32,000 nt of DNA from Candidatus Saccharimonadota bacterium (GCA_020160975.1 JAIUPJ010000001.1:330001-362000); one strand, 5' to 3'. Shown: positions 18,918-27,729, numbered from the stretch's first letter. Numbers and translations: made by a program. The notes: a model not told the origin generated them from the letters alone.

Positions 18918-19262
18918 ATGCGAGTAAAACGAGGAGTCCCGGCACGAGCTCGGCACAATAAAATTCTCAAAGCCGCAAAAGGTATGCAGCACAACCGCAC
19001 ACGTAGCTACCGTCTTGCCAAGCAAGCGGTTGTCCGCGCCCTTCAGTACGCCTATCGTGACCGTCGCAACAAGAAGCGCGATCTCCGAGCACTCTGGATT
19101 ACGCGCATCAACGCAGCTGCACGGGAAAATGGCACCACTTACGGTGTGTTTATCTCGAACTTGAAGAAAGCTGGCATCGAGCTTGACCGCAAGGTGCTTG
19201 CCGAACTGGCTGTGAGCGATCCGAAAGCCTTTGCTGCTATCGTCAAAGAAGTAACGAAATAG
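18918..19262 (+). CDS. rplT: 50S ribosomal protein L20
   Basis: 114 aa starting [18 protein letters not shown]. It follows the conserved infC-rpmI-rplT order. Confidence 0.95.
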   Translation: MRVKRGVPARARHNKILKAAKGMQHNRTRSYRLAKQAVVRALQYAYRDRRNKKRDLRALWITRINAAARENGTTYGVFISNLKKAGIELDRKVLAELAVSDPKAFAAIVKEVTK

Positions 19263-19423
19263 GCACCCCGCCTGGCGGGCGGCGCGCATGGTTTTTTCCT
19301 GACCATTGACAATCAGCGCTGATATCCAAGAGATTTCAGTCTTGCCCTAGATTCTCGAGGATGTCACGATGGTACGAAAAAGATATGCAAACTCGCCCTG
19401 CCACCGATCTTTATGTTCAATCT

Positions 19424-19450
19424 AAAAACTCCGCTCTATGCGGAGTTTTT
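19424..19450. terminator. Bidirectional intrinsic terminator
   Basis: AAAAACTCCGC-TCTAT-GCGGAGTTTTT. It lies between the rplT operon (+) and the rnpB 3' end (-). Confidence 0.6.
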
Positions 19451-19454
19451 AGAT

Positions 19455-19818
19455 GGCAGTTGATCTATAAGCCGGGTTCTGTACGAATAAATCCGTGATA
19501 ATCATCTATCTACGCCGAACGTTGCCGATCGGCTCTAGCGGGTATCGACATGCGGACGGATCGCCCTTTATGCACATCTCCTTGCAGCAGACAGGGTTTA
19601 CCCCCTCCGCATGTTACCATGCGTCGCTGTAGTCTCTTACACTACTCGTTTCACCCTTACCTTCGCGAGCTCCGAAGAGTCGGGATAGTGAAGGCGGTAT
19701 TAGTTTCTGTGGCACTTTCCCTAAGGTTGCCCCCGGCCGCCGTTAGCGGCTGTCTTATCCTATGCTGCCCGGACTTTCCTCTCGCCTTTTACGGCCAGCG
19801 ATTATCCAATTAACTGCC
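19455..19818 (-). ncRNA. rnpB: RNase P RNA, bacterial type A-like
   Basis: The reverse complement contains GAGAGGAAAGTCCGGGC, AGGGAAAGTGCCACAGAAA, GGTAAGGGTGAAA, GGTAAACCC and ACAGAACCCGGCTTAT. The P1 stem pairs GGCAGTT with AACTGCC at the ends. Confidence 0.92.
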
Positions 19819-19895
19819 AAGGATTATTATAGCAAACTATAAGTAGCCGAGCTTCTCAAAGAGGATTCGTGATCAGAGCTGCTATTCAGCTACTC

Positions 19896-20567
19896 TTATG
19901 TCTTTTTTCTATTTATAACTACGTCGGAAACTTCAATATTTTTGGGTAGATCCAAAATCTGCTTGGCAAATATAGCGATATCCCTCGGATCCATCCAGTA
20001 CAAACCGTCATCAGTTGGATCATAATTTAGCTCTTTCTCAAATAATTTTGTCTTCATGCCGCCAGGATAAAATGCGATAACCCTGGATGAAGTATCTTTT
20101 AGCTCGGCCTGCAATGCCTCGGTATAGCCGCGCTGTGCCCACTTAGAGGCGGCATAGACCGCATGGCTAGGATTACCTTTTCGCCCTGCTGTCGATATGA
20201 CACTTAAAATGTCCGTGCCATCTTGTTTGATGCGGTCGATGAGGAAGGATGTCAGCAGAATATTTGATTCCACATTCGTCGCCATCAGACGCTTTACTTC
20301 ATCTTTAGTAATACTCCTGATCGGTTGTTCGCTGTATACACCAGCGTTGTTGATGAGTATCTCTAGGGGCTCATCGAGCGCGAGTATCTCTTGAGCAGCA
20401 GCCTCTACGTCCTTACCTACAGCTAAGTCATGGAGAAAGTTGTAGTCTGCGACTGGACATTCACGTCGAGATACATTGACGACAATTTTACCAGCATCTT
20501 TGTATAGTTTTGCTAGCTGGTAGCCTAGCCCGTCACTCGCTCCAGTAATGATTATCATTAAAATCAT
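19896..20567 (-). CDS. Short-chain dehydrogenase/reductase (SDR) family oxidoreductase
   Basis: TGASDGLG Rossmann motif, NNAG, and the catalytic YAASK (YxxxK). Confidence 0.85.
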   Translation of the reverse strand: MILMIIITGASDGLGYQLAKLYKDAGKIVVNVSRRECPVADYNFLHDLAVGKDVEAAAQEILALDEPLEILINNAGVYSEQPIRSITKDEVKRLMATNVESNILLTSFLIDRIKQDGTDILSVISTAGRKGNPSHAVYAASKWAQRGYTEALQAELKDTSSRVIAFYPGGMKTKLFEKELNYDPTDDGLYWMDPRDIAIFAKQILDLPKNIEVSDVVINRKKT

Positions 20568-20655
20568 TATATCAGTTATTATCTCTTTTTGTTTGGGCGC
20601 GAAACACTGACGGCTATGATATCCAAATGGATGATAATCCTAGGACTTTCGAATT

Positions 20656-20731
20656 TGGTCGGGATGACAAGACTTGAACTTGCGACCTCGCCACCCCCAG
20701 CGGCGCGCGCTACCAACTGCGCCACATCCCG
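20656..20731 (-). tRNA. tRNA-Pro (anticodon GGG), CCA encoded
   Basis: Reverse complement is CGGGATG TG GCGC AGTTGGTA GCGC G CGCCG CTGGGGG TGGCG AGGTC GCAAG TTCAAGT CTTGT CATCCCG A CCA. Confidence 0.93.
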
Positions 20732-20788
20732 ATATCTTATTATTTTACCACTTGCTGAACGTATACCTAGGGTGGCTCGGCCCTCGCC
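20728..20788. repeat. 61-bp perfect direct repeat, copy 1 (promoter plus first bases of tRNA-Pro)
   Basis: 61/61 identical to 20906-20966. On the minus strand it contains the extended -10 TGGTAAAAT (20742-20750). Confidence 0.95.
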
Positions 20789-20910
20789 CCAGCGGCGCGG
20801 TCACGTTCCGCGACCCCCAGATTTCACGATTGAAAGCATAGCTTTCATCGGAAAGTCTGTTTCCGAACTGCCACTGGCAGTTCTCACTACCAACAGCGCG
20901 CTCGTCCCGA
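20789..20910 (-). ncRNA. Candidate chimeric element copy B: tRNA-Pro 5'-half look-alike, 69-nt core and anticodon-loop-like fragments
   Basis: The reverse complement is TCGGGACGAGCGCGCTGTTGGTAG, then the core (20820-20888), then CTGGGGGTCGCGGAACGTGACCGCGCCGCTGGGG. No T-arm or matching 3' acceptor strand is present. It has its own copy of the tRNA-Pro promoter. Confidence 0.4.
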
Positions 20911-20966
20911 TATCTTATTATTTTACCACTTGCTGAACGTATACCTAGGGTGGCTCGGCCCTCGCC
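20906..20966. repeat. 61-bp perfect direct repeat, copy 2
   Basis: Identical to 20728-20788, offset by 178 bp. Confidence 0.95.
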
Positions 20967-21424
20967 GTCATACTACTATTCTCACATCTCTCCATTATCT
21001 AGAAACCCTGTAGCAAAGTCACGACGGCCGTCACAATTTTGTTACAAATGACGACGCCCTTTTCTCGGAGGTTGACTGAAGTTATGAGAAACATGCCGGG
21101 CCAAAAACGACTCTATTTCGATCCGCCGGGAGACGTGACAATACACAATCCAGTGATTCTATAACGCCGGATCCGAAAATCTCAGACTAAAAAAATAAGC
21201 TTCTCGATGTGAAGCTATAGAAAAATGCAGTTTGTCTCTTGTCTCGAGGCACATGTAAGTCCCAGCCATAGGTCGGACGCTAGATATTCCCCGCATAAAT
21301 GCAAGGTGGGTTCTCTCACATCACCCCAATAGTGGTGATAAATATTGAGATCCCGAATGTATGATGTTAGGAAAATCATACACGTCCTAAATGTCTGGGA
21401 CTACTTTTATTATACTCCTAGTCG

Positions 21425-22075
21425 TCAAGACATGCCAAATATTGCGCTGAATAACTGTATACACCACGAGATAACACTCGTCATATATGCCCCAAGCAGC
21501 GTACCCGAGAACATCACAATGATGAACACAAGTATGAGACCATACCGCTCCATTGCATCCATTCCTCGGCGCACAAAATCAGGGGCAAGTGCATACATGA
21601 CTCGGGAGCCATCCAGAGGCGGCAGTGGCAAGATGTTGAAGGCGAAGAACCCGAGATTTACCAATACACTTGTCTCAGCAACCATACCGAACACACCAGC
21701 CTCTGCACCGCCAATCGCAACCAGTACGCCAAAGCTCAAAAATGCCAACATGAAATTTGTCAGTGGGCCGGCAATTGCCATTAACGCAATCCCCCACTCG
21801 TCATGATTGATACGAGCCGGATTGAACGGCACGGGCTTTGCACCACCAAAAATAGGTGTGTGCACCCCTGTCAATGCATTTGAGATGACGATGAGCAGCG
21901 GCAGCAGAACAGTCAAAAATGGGTCAATATGCTTCAATGGGTTGAGCGTCAATCGACCCAACAGCCGTGCCGTCTCGTCTCCAAGGCGATACGCAACAAG
22001 CCCATGCATCACTTCGTGAAGTGTCATCGAAACAAAAATTACCCCAAGCACCGTTACAATATAGCCGATATCCAT
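21425..22075 (-). CDS. Site-2 protease family (peptidase M50) membrane metalloprotease
   Basis: HEVMH zinc motif in TM1, a later NILPLPPLDG motif, and a multi-TM profile. Confidence 0.85.
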   Translation of the reverse strand: MDIGYIVTVLGVIFVSMTLHEVMHGLVAYRLGDETARLLGRLTLNPLKHIDPFLTVLLPLLIVISNALTGVHTPIFGGAKPVPFNPARINHDEWGIALMAIAGPLTNFMLAFLSFGVLVAIGGAEAGVFGMVAETSVLVNLGFFAFNILPLPPLDGSRVMYALAPDFVRRGMDAMERYGLILVFIIVMFSGTLLGAYMTSVISWCIQLFSAIFGMS

Positions 22076-22111
22076 ATAGCTTCAGTATAGCATGCTACCT
22101 CTTGACGAGAC

Positions 22112-22140
22112 TAGCTCCGACCTGTATACTAGAACAGATT
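22112..22140 (+). promoter_or_regulatory. Putative rpmB promoter
   Basis: TTGACG (22112-22117), a 17-nt spacer, then TATACT (22135-22140). Confidence 0.55.
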
Positions 22141-22167
22141 GTTTAATATAAGTGGAGTACTCCAACA

Positions 22168-22371
22168 ATGGCAGCACGCTGTGAACTTACCGGTAAAGGT
22201 AAACAATTTGGCCACAATGTGAGCTTCTCTTTGCGTCGCACAAAGCGAGTCTTTAGGCCTAACCTACAGAAGAAAACTTTTGTCGTGGACGGCCAAAAAG
22301 TCACTATGGTGCTTTCAACTCAGGCGATTCGTACGCTCAAGAAAAAAGGCATCCTTGCGACCAGCAAGTAG
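22168..22371 (+). CDS. rpmB: 50S ribosomal protein L28
   Basis: 67 aa starting [34 protein letters not shown]. Confidence 0.92.
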   Translation: MAARCELTGKGKQFGHNVSFSLRRTKRVFRPNLQKKTFVVDGQKVTMVLSTQAIRTLKKKGILATSK

Positions 22372-22390
22372 CTCTCGGCTAAACTATACA

Positions 22391-22423
22391 AAATCACCCC
22401 TATCTAATCAGGGGTGATTTTTT
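22391..22423 (+). terminator. Rho-independent terminator
   Basis: AAAATCACCCC-TATCTAATCA-GGGGTGATTTTTT. Confidence 0.7.
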
Positions 22424-22440
22424 AGCATCTCTGTATAGCC

Positions 22441-23076
22441 TTAGCTCCGTGAGACTTCAACAACTGTCATGGTTGGCGGCAAGCCGGCCGATGATTTCAG
22501 CTTGTACTTTGTGATCGACTCGACCGGGACGCTCAGCTCCTGCGTAAACACCTCGAGTGTGTCCTGTGGCACTTCGTAGCGCAATCCGCTATCGGCATAA
22601 TGAACGGGTATCACAACTTTTGGTTCAACTTGCCGCACAATTGCTACCGCACTTGTGGCATCGAGCGTATACCCCCCACCTCCAACTGGCAACACCAGGA
22701 TGTCGACCATTCCAATTGCCTCAAGCTGCTCTTCATCGAGCACAGGAGCAACATTGCCAATCACAGCAATCTTGACATCGCTGCATTCTACGCGATAGAT
22801 TGTCGACAACTTCTCTTGCTCGGCTGTATCAATATGCCTAGTAGCGGCAACACCGCGGATGGTGAAATCACCTACTTCGTACTCACCAGGGCTGTCAATG
22901 ATAATACGAGCATCAGAGTTTTCAACGCGGAACCGCACTTCTGTCGCTAGTTCAACTTCGTCTTTCGTTTTGATGTCTTTTAGTCCCACAAGTGACAGCT
23001 TTGGGTCGATGTTTAGCACAGCTTTTTTGGACGAGACCACTATACCATTACCGCCTTTGTATTCAATTTCAAACAT
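22441..23076 (-). CDS. MBL-fold hydrolase-like protein (COG2220-like)
   Basis: 211 aa. The overall pattern (LNIDP..., VLPVGGGYTLD, VIPVHY) resembles Zn-dependent hydrolases of the beta-lactamase fold. I do not see the canonical HxHxDH motif. Confidence 0.5.
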   Translation of the reverse strand: MFEIEYKGGNGIVVSSKKAVLNIDPKLSLVGLKDIKTKDEVELATEVRFRVENSDARIIIDSPGEYEVGDFTIRGVAATRHIDTAEQEKLSTIYRVECSDVKIAVIGNVAPVLDEEQLEAIGMVDILVLPVGGGGYTLDATSAVAIVRQVEPKVVIPVHYADSGLRYEVPQDTLEVFTQELSVPVESITKYKLKSSAGLPPTMTVVEVSRS

Positions 23077-23095
23077 TTGTTATTCTCCTCTCTGG

Positions 23096-23692
23096 TTACT
23101 GTCGTTTTAGGATTTCTTCTGTATCAACAAGCACGACGTGCTTGCTTGAAAGAACTGAGGTAATAAATTTATCGCGTACACTCAACCGGTAGTAAAATTC
23201 ATCATACGAAAGCTTACTGAATGTAATATCTCTTCCTTGGCTTGTTTCAAGATTGGTAATGAGCACCGTTAGTTTCTTGGTAGGAATATCACCAACCAGT
23301 AACAGATCCACTTGGCTGGCTGATCCTGGGACAAGTACGCCCGCCGCCACCGCCACTCGGATACCGCCGAGATTCTTGACAGCCTTTTGCCAAGCGGCAT
23401 CAACCACTTTTGCATCAGTCACCACAGAAGCGACTTTTTGGTCAGCAAAAATAGCACGCAGTGGCACATAGTGTTCATATCTCTGATTAATCTCGTAATA
23501 CAGCTTGTTGTCAGTGTTTTTACTAGTGATAATGCCAACTTCTAGCATATTCGATAGCTCGCGACGAACAGAATTAATTTGTTCATCGATCAAACGCGTG
23601 ATCTCGCGTACATAAAATGCTTTGCCGGGATTGTTCAAAAACAAATGAAGAAGCTTTACCCGAGTTTTTGAGCCAAATAGTGCGTCAATCAT
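23096..23692 (-). CDS. Winged-helix (ArsR/MarR-like) DNA-binding protein with an uncharacterised C-terminal domain
   Basis: The N-terminus SKTRVKLLHLFLNNPGKAFYVREITRLIDEQINSVRRELSNMLEVGII fits a wHTH pattern. Confidence 0.55.
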   Translation of the reverse strand: MIDALFGSKTRVKLLHLFLNNPGKAFYVREITRLIDEQINSVRRELSNMLEVGIITSKNTDNKLYYEINQRYEHYVPLRAIFADQKVASVVTDAKVVDAAWQKAVKNLGGIRVAVAAGVLVPGSASQVDLLLVGDIPTKKLTVLITNLETSQGRDITFSKLSYDEFYYRLSVRDKFITSVLSSKHVVLVDTEEILKRQ

Positions 23693-23727
23693 TGTCTTCC
23701 CTATTATATTTACTACTCATCATGATA

Positions 23728-24606
23728 TCATCTTTTACTCAGCTGGGCGAGCTGCCGAGCAAGATACGTATACGCGGCCTCTAGATCAAGCCACTCAATG
23801 TGTTCATTACGCTTCAGCCACGTCAACTGGCGCTTGGCGAGACGCCAGTCCAAAGTAACAGACTTCTCTTTTGCTTGCTCAATTGTCATGTCTCCCTCAA
23901 AGTAGCGTCGTAATAGTGGGTAGATATTGCCCGTCATCGCCTCATTGTCCCAACCATATTTTTCGGCTGCGCGCATCGCCTCTTCATACATCGGAGGAGC
24001 AAAGATTTGCTCGGCACGAGTACTGATTCTCTTGCGCAATGTTTCATTTTCCGTTGTTATTCCGACTACAATAGTATTTGGCAAGATAGCCTTATTCCTC
24101 TTATGTTTACTATCTTTTCGTAAAATCGCGTTTATCACGTACCGCTTATTTTTATAATTCTCTGGCAACTCGATGTTGTGCTGGTCACAATACTCATATA
24201 GGTCTTCGATCGACTTTTGTTCGAGCTGTTGTCGCTGCTTATTATCGTTTGCGCCTGTCGAAAATTCAAAGTTATACAGCACAGCGTCGATATAGAGTCC
24301 AGTCCCTCCAACTAAAAACGGTACGTTATCGCGCGTCCGAATGTATTCAATTTTTTGCTCTGCATAGGATTTAAAATCAGCTACCGTATAGCGCTCATTC
24401 GGCTCAACCAGATCAATCCCCCAATGGGGCACAGCTTGCTGCTCCTCAAGACTCGGTTTCGCAGTACCGATATCAAGACCCTTATAAACAGCTCTCGAGT
24501 CTGCAGAAATAATCTCTCCTCCAAACTCTTTCGCAAGTCGTACTGCCAGGCCAGTCTTGCCGCTCGCTGTCGGACCAACAATCACAATGAGGGGCAACTT
24601 CTTCAC
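23728..24606 (-). CDS. miaA: tRNA dimethylallyltransferase
   Basis: P-loop GPTASGKT, SADSRAVYKGLDIGTAKP and a conserved C-terminal helical region. Confidence 0.9.
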   Translation of the reverse strand: MKKLPLIVIVGPTASGKTGLAVRLAKEFGGEIISADSRAVYKGLDIGTAKPSLEEQQAVPHWGIDLVEPNERYTVADFKSYAEQKIEYIRTRDNVPFLVGGTGLYIDAVLYNFEFSTGANDNKQRQQLEQKSIEDLYEYCDQHNIELPENYKNKRYVINAILRKDSKHKRNKAILPNTIVVGITTENETLRKRISTRAEQIFAPPMYEEAMRAAEKYGWDNEAMTGNIYPLLRRYFEGDMTIEQAKEKSVTLDWRLAKRQLTWLKRNEHIEWLDLEAAYTYLARQLAQLSKR

Positions 24607-24917
24607 AGAGGCCTCCAGCGTATTTCATCAAAATTGACAACGATGTAATTTTCACTTTTAACCCCTTCTTGTTCGAGGAGCTGTTCTTGAGCCTCTCGTC
24701 CACCAGGGAATCCGCTCGCTAGCCCTCCAAAGCGGTTGACGAGCCGATGCCACGGCAAATCGCGATCACCAAAATGCGCAATACCTCCGACAACACGTGC
24801 TGCATGCGCGTGGCCTGCCATGGCAGCTAGGTCCCCAAAAGTTGTTACCTGACCTAATGGCACCTGCGCCATAAGGTTTTCAATGCTCCTTCGAAACTCA
24901 CTATCCGGCGAACTCAC
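24603..24917 (-). CDS. Alkyltransferase-like (ATL) protein, MGMT DNA-binding fold without the acceptor cysteine
   Basis: 104 aa. It has LPWHRLV where active MGMT has PCHRV, plus the helix-turn-helix GQVTTFGDLA. It overlaps the miaA start by 4 nt. Confidence 0.7.
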   Translation of the reverse strand: MSSPDSEFRRSIENLMAQVPLGQVTTFGDLAAMAGHAHAARVVGGIAHFGDRDLPWHRLVNRFGGLASGFPGGREAQEQLLEQEGVKSENYIVVNFDEIRWRPL

Positions 24918-25482
24918 TTATCATCCTCTCTGCAGCAATCCAATCACCGGCTCTTTCTATATGCTCATTAAACTCCTGCGAGGTCTGCCATGGATAATCG
25001 CCGAACCATATCGCGAGCTCTACTCCGTGTTCGAGAGCATCAAAAAGATGCTTGCTGTTGTCATCGACCAACACCTGAGCACCGATGAACTCACACACTT
25101 CGCCTTTTGAGTTATCAGGCCCAACATGATGAATGCCCTTGAAGTATCCACCAAAATAGGTAGCGACCATACTCTCTGTCACCCCCATAATAACCGCGTC
25201 CCGAGCAGTCACCAGGTGAAGATCGTGATAAGCGGCCAATCTCTTTATCGATTCAATAGCATCAGATCGAGGTGGTATCGCCGCAAAACCCTCTCCTTGC
25301 TGTATATCATGCAAGCGCCTAAATACTTCGGTACGATCGGCTTGCCAGGCAGGATTACCTGATGAATGTGCCGTCTCAAGCTGAACATTGGTGCCGTACA
25401 GCTGATTGTAGGTCATCACGATATATTCTGACGCATTAATAAGTACGTCGTCGCAATCAATCGCGATAACCAGCTTTTTCAT
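24901..25482 (-). CDS. HAD-superfamily hydrolase, 5'(3')-deoxyribonucleotidase-like
   Basis: The N-terminal IAIDCDDVL (DxD nucleophile motif) and the size (193 aa) are consistent with the NT5C-like family. Confidence 0.6.
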   Translation of the reverse strand: MKKLVIAIDCDDVLINASEYIVMTYNQLYGTNVQLETAHSSGNPAWQADRTEVFRRLHDIQQGEGFAAIPPRSDAIESIKRLAAYHDLHLVTARDAVIMGVTESMVATYFGGYFKGIHHVGPDNSKGEVCEFIGAQVLVDDNSKHLFDALEHGVELAIWFGDYPWQTSQEFNEHIERAGDWIAAERMISEFAG

Positions 25483-25485
25483 ATA

Positions 25486-27297
25486 CTACAGCTCCTTAAG
25501 GTATGTAGACAGATTGTCGAGTGGAACTTTCTGCTCACCTTCTTGAGTACGCACACTTACTTCCCTGGCTTCAACATCTTTAGGGCCAACGATAAGCTGC
25601 ACTGGTATTTTCCATGCCGTTGCTTCGCGAATCTTCTTGCCTAATGATTCATTACGACTATCGATACTGTATCGTACTTCATTGAATTTTACTGGCTTCA
25701 TCCCAACAGTAGCATCAAGTACCTTTGTGATTTCGCTAACATACTCCATGACTTGGTCATTGATAGTCAAGACTCTGACCTGTTCAGGTGCAATCCAAAA
25801 CGGAAACCATCCGCCAGTGTGCTCAATGTAGACACTTAAGAATCGCTCGAGAGAGCCAAGAGTTGCCGAGTGGAGCATGATTGGACGGGCTGCATTTCCC
25901 TCTTCGTCCGTGTACGTGAGCCCAAAACGCTCAGGCTGCACGAAGTCCAGCTGGACCGTGGCAAGTTGATGCTCTCGGCCAATTGCATCTGTTGCCATGA
26001 AGTCTATCTTTGGCCCATAAAATGCTGCTTCACCATCTTGCTCAAAGTACTCAAGCCCACTCGCGAGCACTGCTTCTTTTAGCTGCGCCTGAGCACTATC
26101 CCATAGTTCACGCTCACCGAGGTACGCGTCAGAATCGTCACGATAGCTCAAACGAACACGAAGTTTCATGTCGAGAGTGCCGTATAGCTCGCGCGCACAA
26201 TCAAGTAGGCCATTCACCTCAGCTCCGATTTGTTCAGGACGGCAGAAGACATGACTGTCATCTTGAGTCAGAGAGCGAACACGGTTGAGACCGCCCAGCT
26301 CGCCAGTCTTTTCATCTCGATAATCTGTCGTCGTCTCAAGGTATCTCACTGGCATATCTCGGTAGCTGCGAGGCTGAGAGGCGTAAATTTGTGTATGATG
26401 GGGGCAATTCATTGGCTTGAGCGCCATTTCGTCGCTCGTCTCCTGACTCTTGACGAGAAAGAGTTCATCACCAAATTTCGCCCAGTGGCCACTTGTCTCA
26501 TAGAGATCTTTCTTGGTGATGTTTGGGGTCCACACCATTTCAAAACCGCGATTTTTTCGAAGTTGGTTTGAGAGCTGTGCCGCTTTTTCACGTAGTATCG
26601 TACCACGCGGCGTAAACATTGGCAGTCCGACCCCTACTAGTGGTGATGTCGTATAGAGGTCCAGGTCTTTACCGAGCTTTCGGTGGTCACGCTTCTTTGC
26701 CTCTTCAAGCATAGTAAGATGCTGGTCGAGCTGCTCCTGAGTCGCAAACGCTACACCATAGAGTCGCTGCATCTGCGGATTCGTCTCTTTGCCACGCCAG
26801 TATGCACCGGCTACTCGCATGAGCTTAAAAGCGCCAACTTTTCCAGTGCTCTCCGCATGTGGCCCTCGACAAAGGTCAGTGAAATCGCCGTCTGTATAAA
26901 AAGAGACTGTGTCGACTGCAGCGTCACCTTCGGCGATTGTCCCCATCTCTGACGCATCAAGGTCTTTGGCAACAGTAGTGCCCGCGCGCTTTAAGTCATT
27001 CAGTAGCTCGACTTTGTAGGGCTGACGCGCCTCTTCGGCCCAGCCGATACCTTCATCGACCGACTTCTCACTTCGCTCAAAAGGATAATCTTTGTTGATG
27101 ATGGTCCGCATCTCTTTCTCGATACGCTTGAAATCACCTTCAGATATTTTGGTCTCTCCAAGATCTATATCATAATAAAAGCCGTTTTCGACGACTGGCC
27201 CCACGCCAAATTTCGCATCTGGCCACAAGTGCTGGACTGCCTGAGCAGTGATATGCGCAAGACTATGGCGCATTGCGTACAGTTGATCTTCGTTCAT
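25486..27297 (-). CDS. thrS: Threonine--tRNA ligase (starts at the editing domain; no N-terminal TGS domain evident)
   Basis: Class II motifs, HSLAH editing motif, and an anticodon-binding C-terminus. I chose ATG 27297 (MNEDQLYAMRHSLAH), which is preceded by AAAAAGGAGCGAAC, rather than the longer track ORF. Confidence 0.93.
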   Translation of the reverse strand: MNEDQLYAMRHSLAHITAQAVQHLWPDAKFGVGPVVENGFYYDIDLGETKISEGDFKRIEKEMRTIINKDYPFERSEKSVDEGIGWAEEARQPYKVELLNDLKRAGTTVAKDLDASEMGTIAEGDAAVDTVSFYTDGDFTDLCRGPHAESTGKVGAFKLMRVAGAYWRGKETNPQMQRLYGVAFATQEQLDQHLTMLEEAKKRDHRKLGKDLDLYTTSPLVGVGLPMFTPRGTILREKAAQLSNQLRKNRGFEMVWTPNITKKDLYETSGHWAKFGDELFLVKSQETSDEMALKPMNCPHHTQIYASQPRSYRDMPVRYLETTTDYRDEKTGELGGLNRVRSLTQDDSHVFCRPEQIGAEVNGLLDCARELYGTLDMKLRVRLSYRDDSDAYLGERELWDSAQAQLKEAVLASGLEYFEQDGEAAFYGPKIDFMATDAIGREHQLATVQLDFVQPERFGLTYTDEEGNAARPIMLHSATLGSLERFLSVYIEHTGGWFPFWIAPEQVRVLTINDQVMEYVSEITKVLDATVGMKPVKFNEVRYSIDSRNESLGKKIREATAWKIPVQLIVGPKDVEAREVSVRTQEGEQKVPLDNLSTYLKEL

Positions 27298-27314
27298 GTT
27301 CGCTCCTTTTTTAT

Positions 27315-27404
27315 AAATAAAAAACATGCGGTGAATAGATTTCATCAAGTGCAATCTATATATCGCATGTCTCGGTCCACATATGTGCTGTGGAGGTTCC
27401 ACCG
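27315..27404 (-). promoter_or_regulatory. thrS leader: T-box-like antiterminator motif plus intrinsic terminator
   Basis: The minus strand reads CGG-UGGAACC-UCCACA-gcacaua-UGUGGA-CCG (27373-27404), a helix with a 7-nt UGGNACC bulge. This is followed by the terminator CATGCG..ATAGATT-loop-AATCTAT..CGCATG plus T6 (27315-27369), directly before the Shine-Dalgarno sequence. Confidence 0.4.
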
Positions 27405-27648
27405 AAAACTTTTACTCTTTGAGTTGCGTTGACGCACGCATCTCGCTACCCGGCGAAGCTCCAGAGGTGGTTAGACTCCTTCATTGCTTGTATTTATACT
27501 AGCAAATCTGCAGATAATTGCAACTTCCGCCTCTGTTTGCTATAGTGTATGAAGTTCTTTTGTAGCTGAAGGAAAAAGAGCAGACCGAGCGAAAACCACG
27601 CTTTTCGCCCGGTGCGATGAGAAAAAACGAAGTTTTGTCTCCATTTCA

Positions 27649-27725
27649 GGGCGATTAGCTCATTTGGCTAGAGCGCGACATTGACGTTGTCGAGGTGAGA
27701 GGTTCGAATCCTCTATCGCCCACCA
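27649..27725 (+). tRNA. tRNA-Val (anticodon GAC), CCA encoded
   Basis: GGGCGAT TA GCTC ATTTGGCTA GAGC G CGACA TTGACGT TGTCG AGGTG AGAGG TTCGAAT CCTCT ATCGCCC A CCA. Confidence 0.95.
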
Positions 27726-27729
27726 AGAT

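Noticed and set aside
19550-19813. Track ORF of 87 aa on the plus strand.
   Set aside because: It is antisense to, and fully inside, the RNase P RNA gene.
20789-20910. An intron-containing tRNA-Pro (or, at 70-194, an intron-containing tRNA), with the 69-nt core as the intron.
   Set aside because: After removing the core there is no intact anticodon arm or T-arm, and no 3' acceptor strand complementary to the 5' strand. At 69 nt the core is far too small for a group I intron.
20589-20936. Track ORF of 115 aa on the plus strand.
   Set aside because: It spans tRNA-Pro, the 61-bp repeats and the chimeric element on the opposite strand. It is an artefact of RNA-gene sequence.
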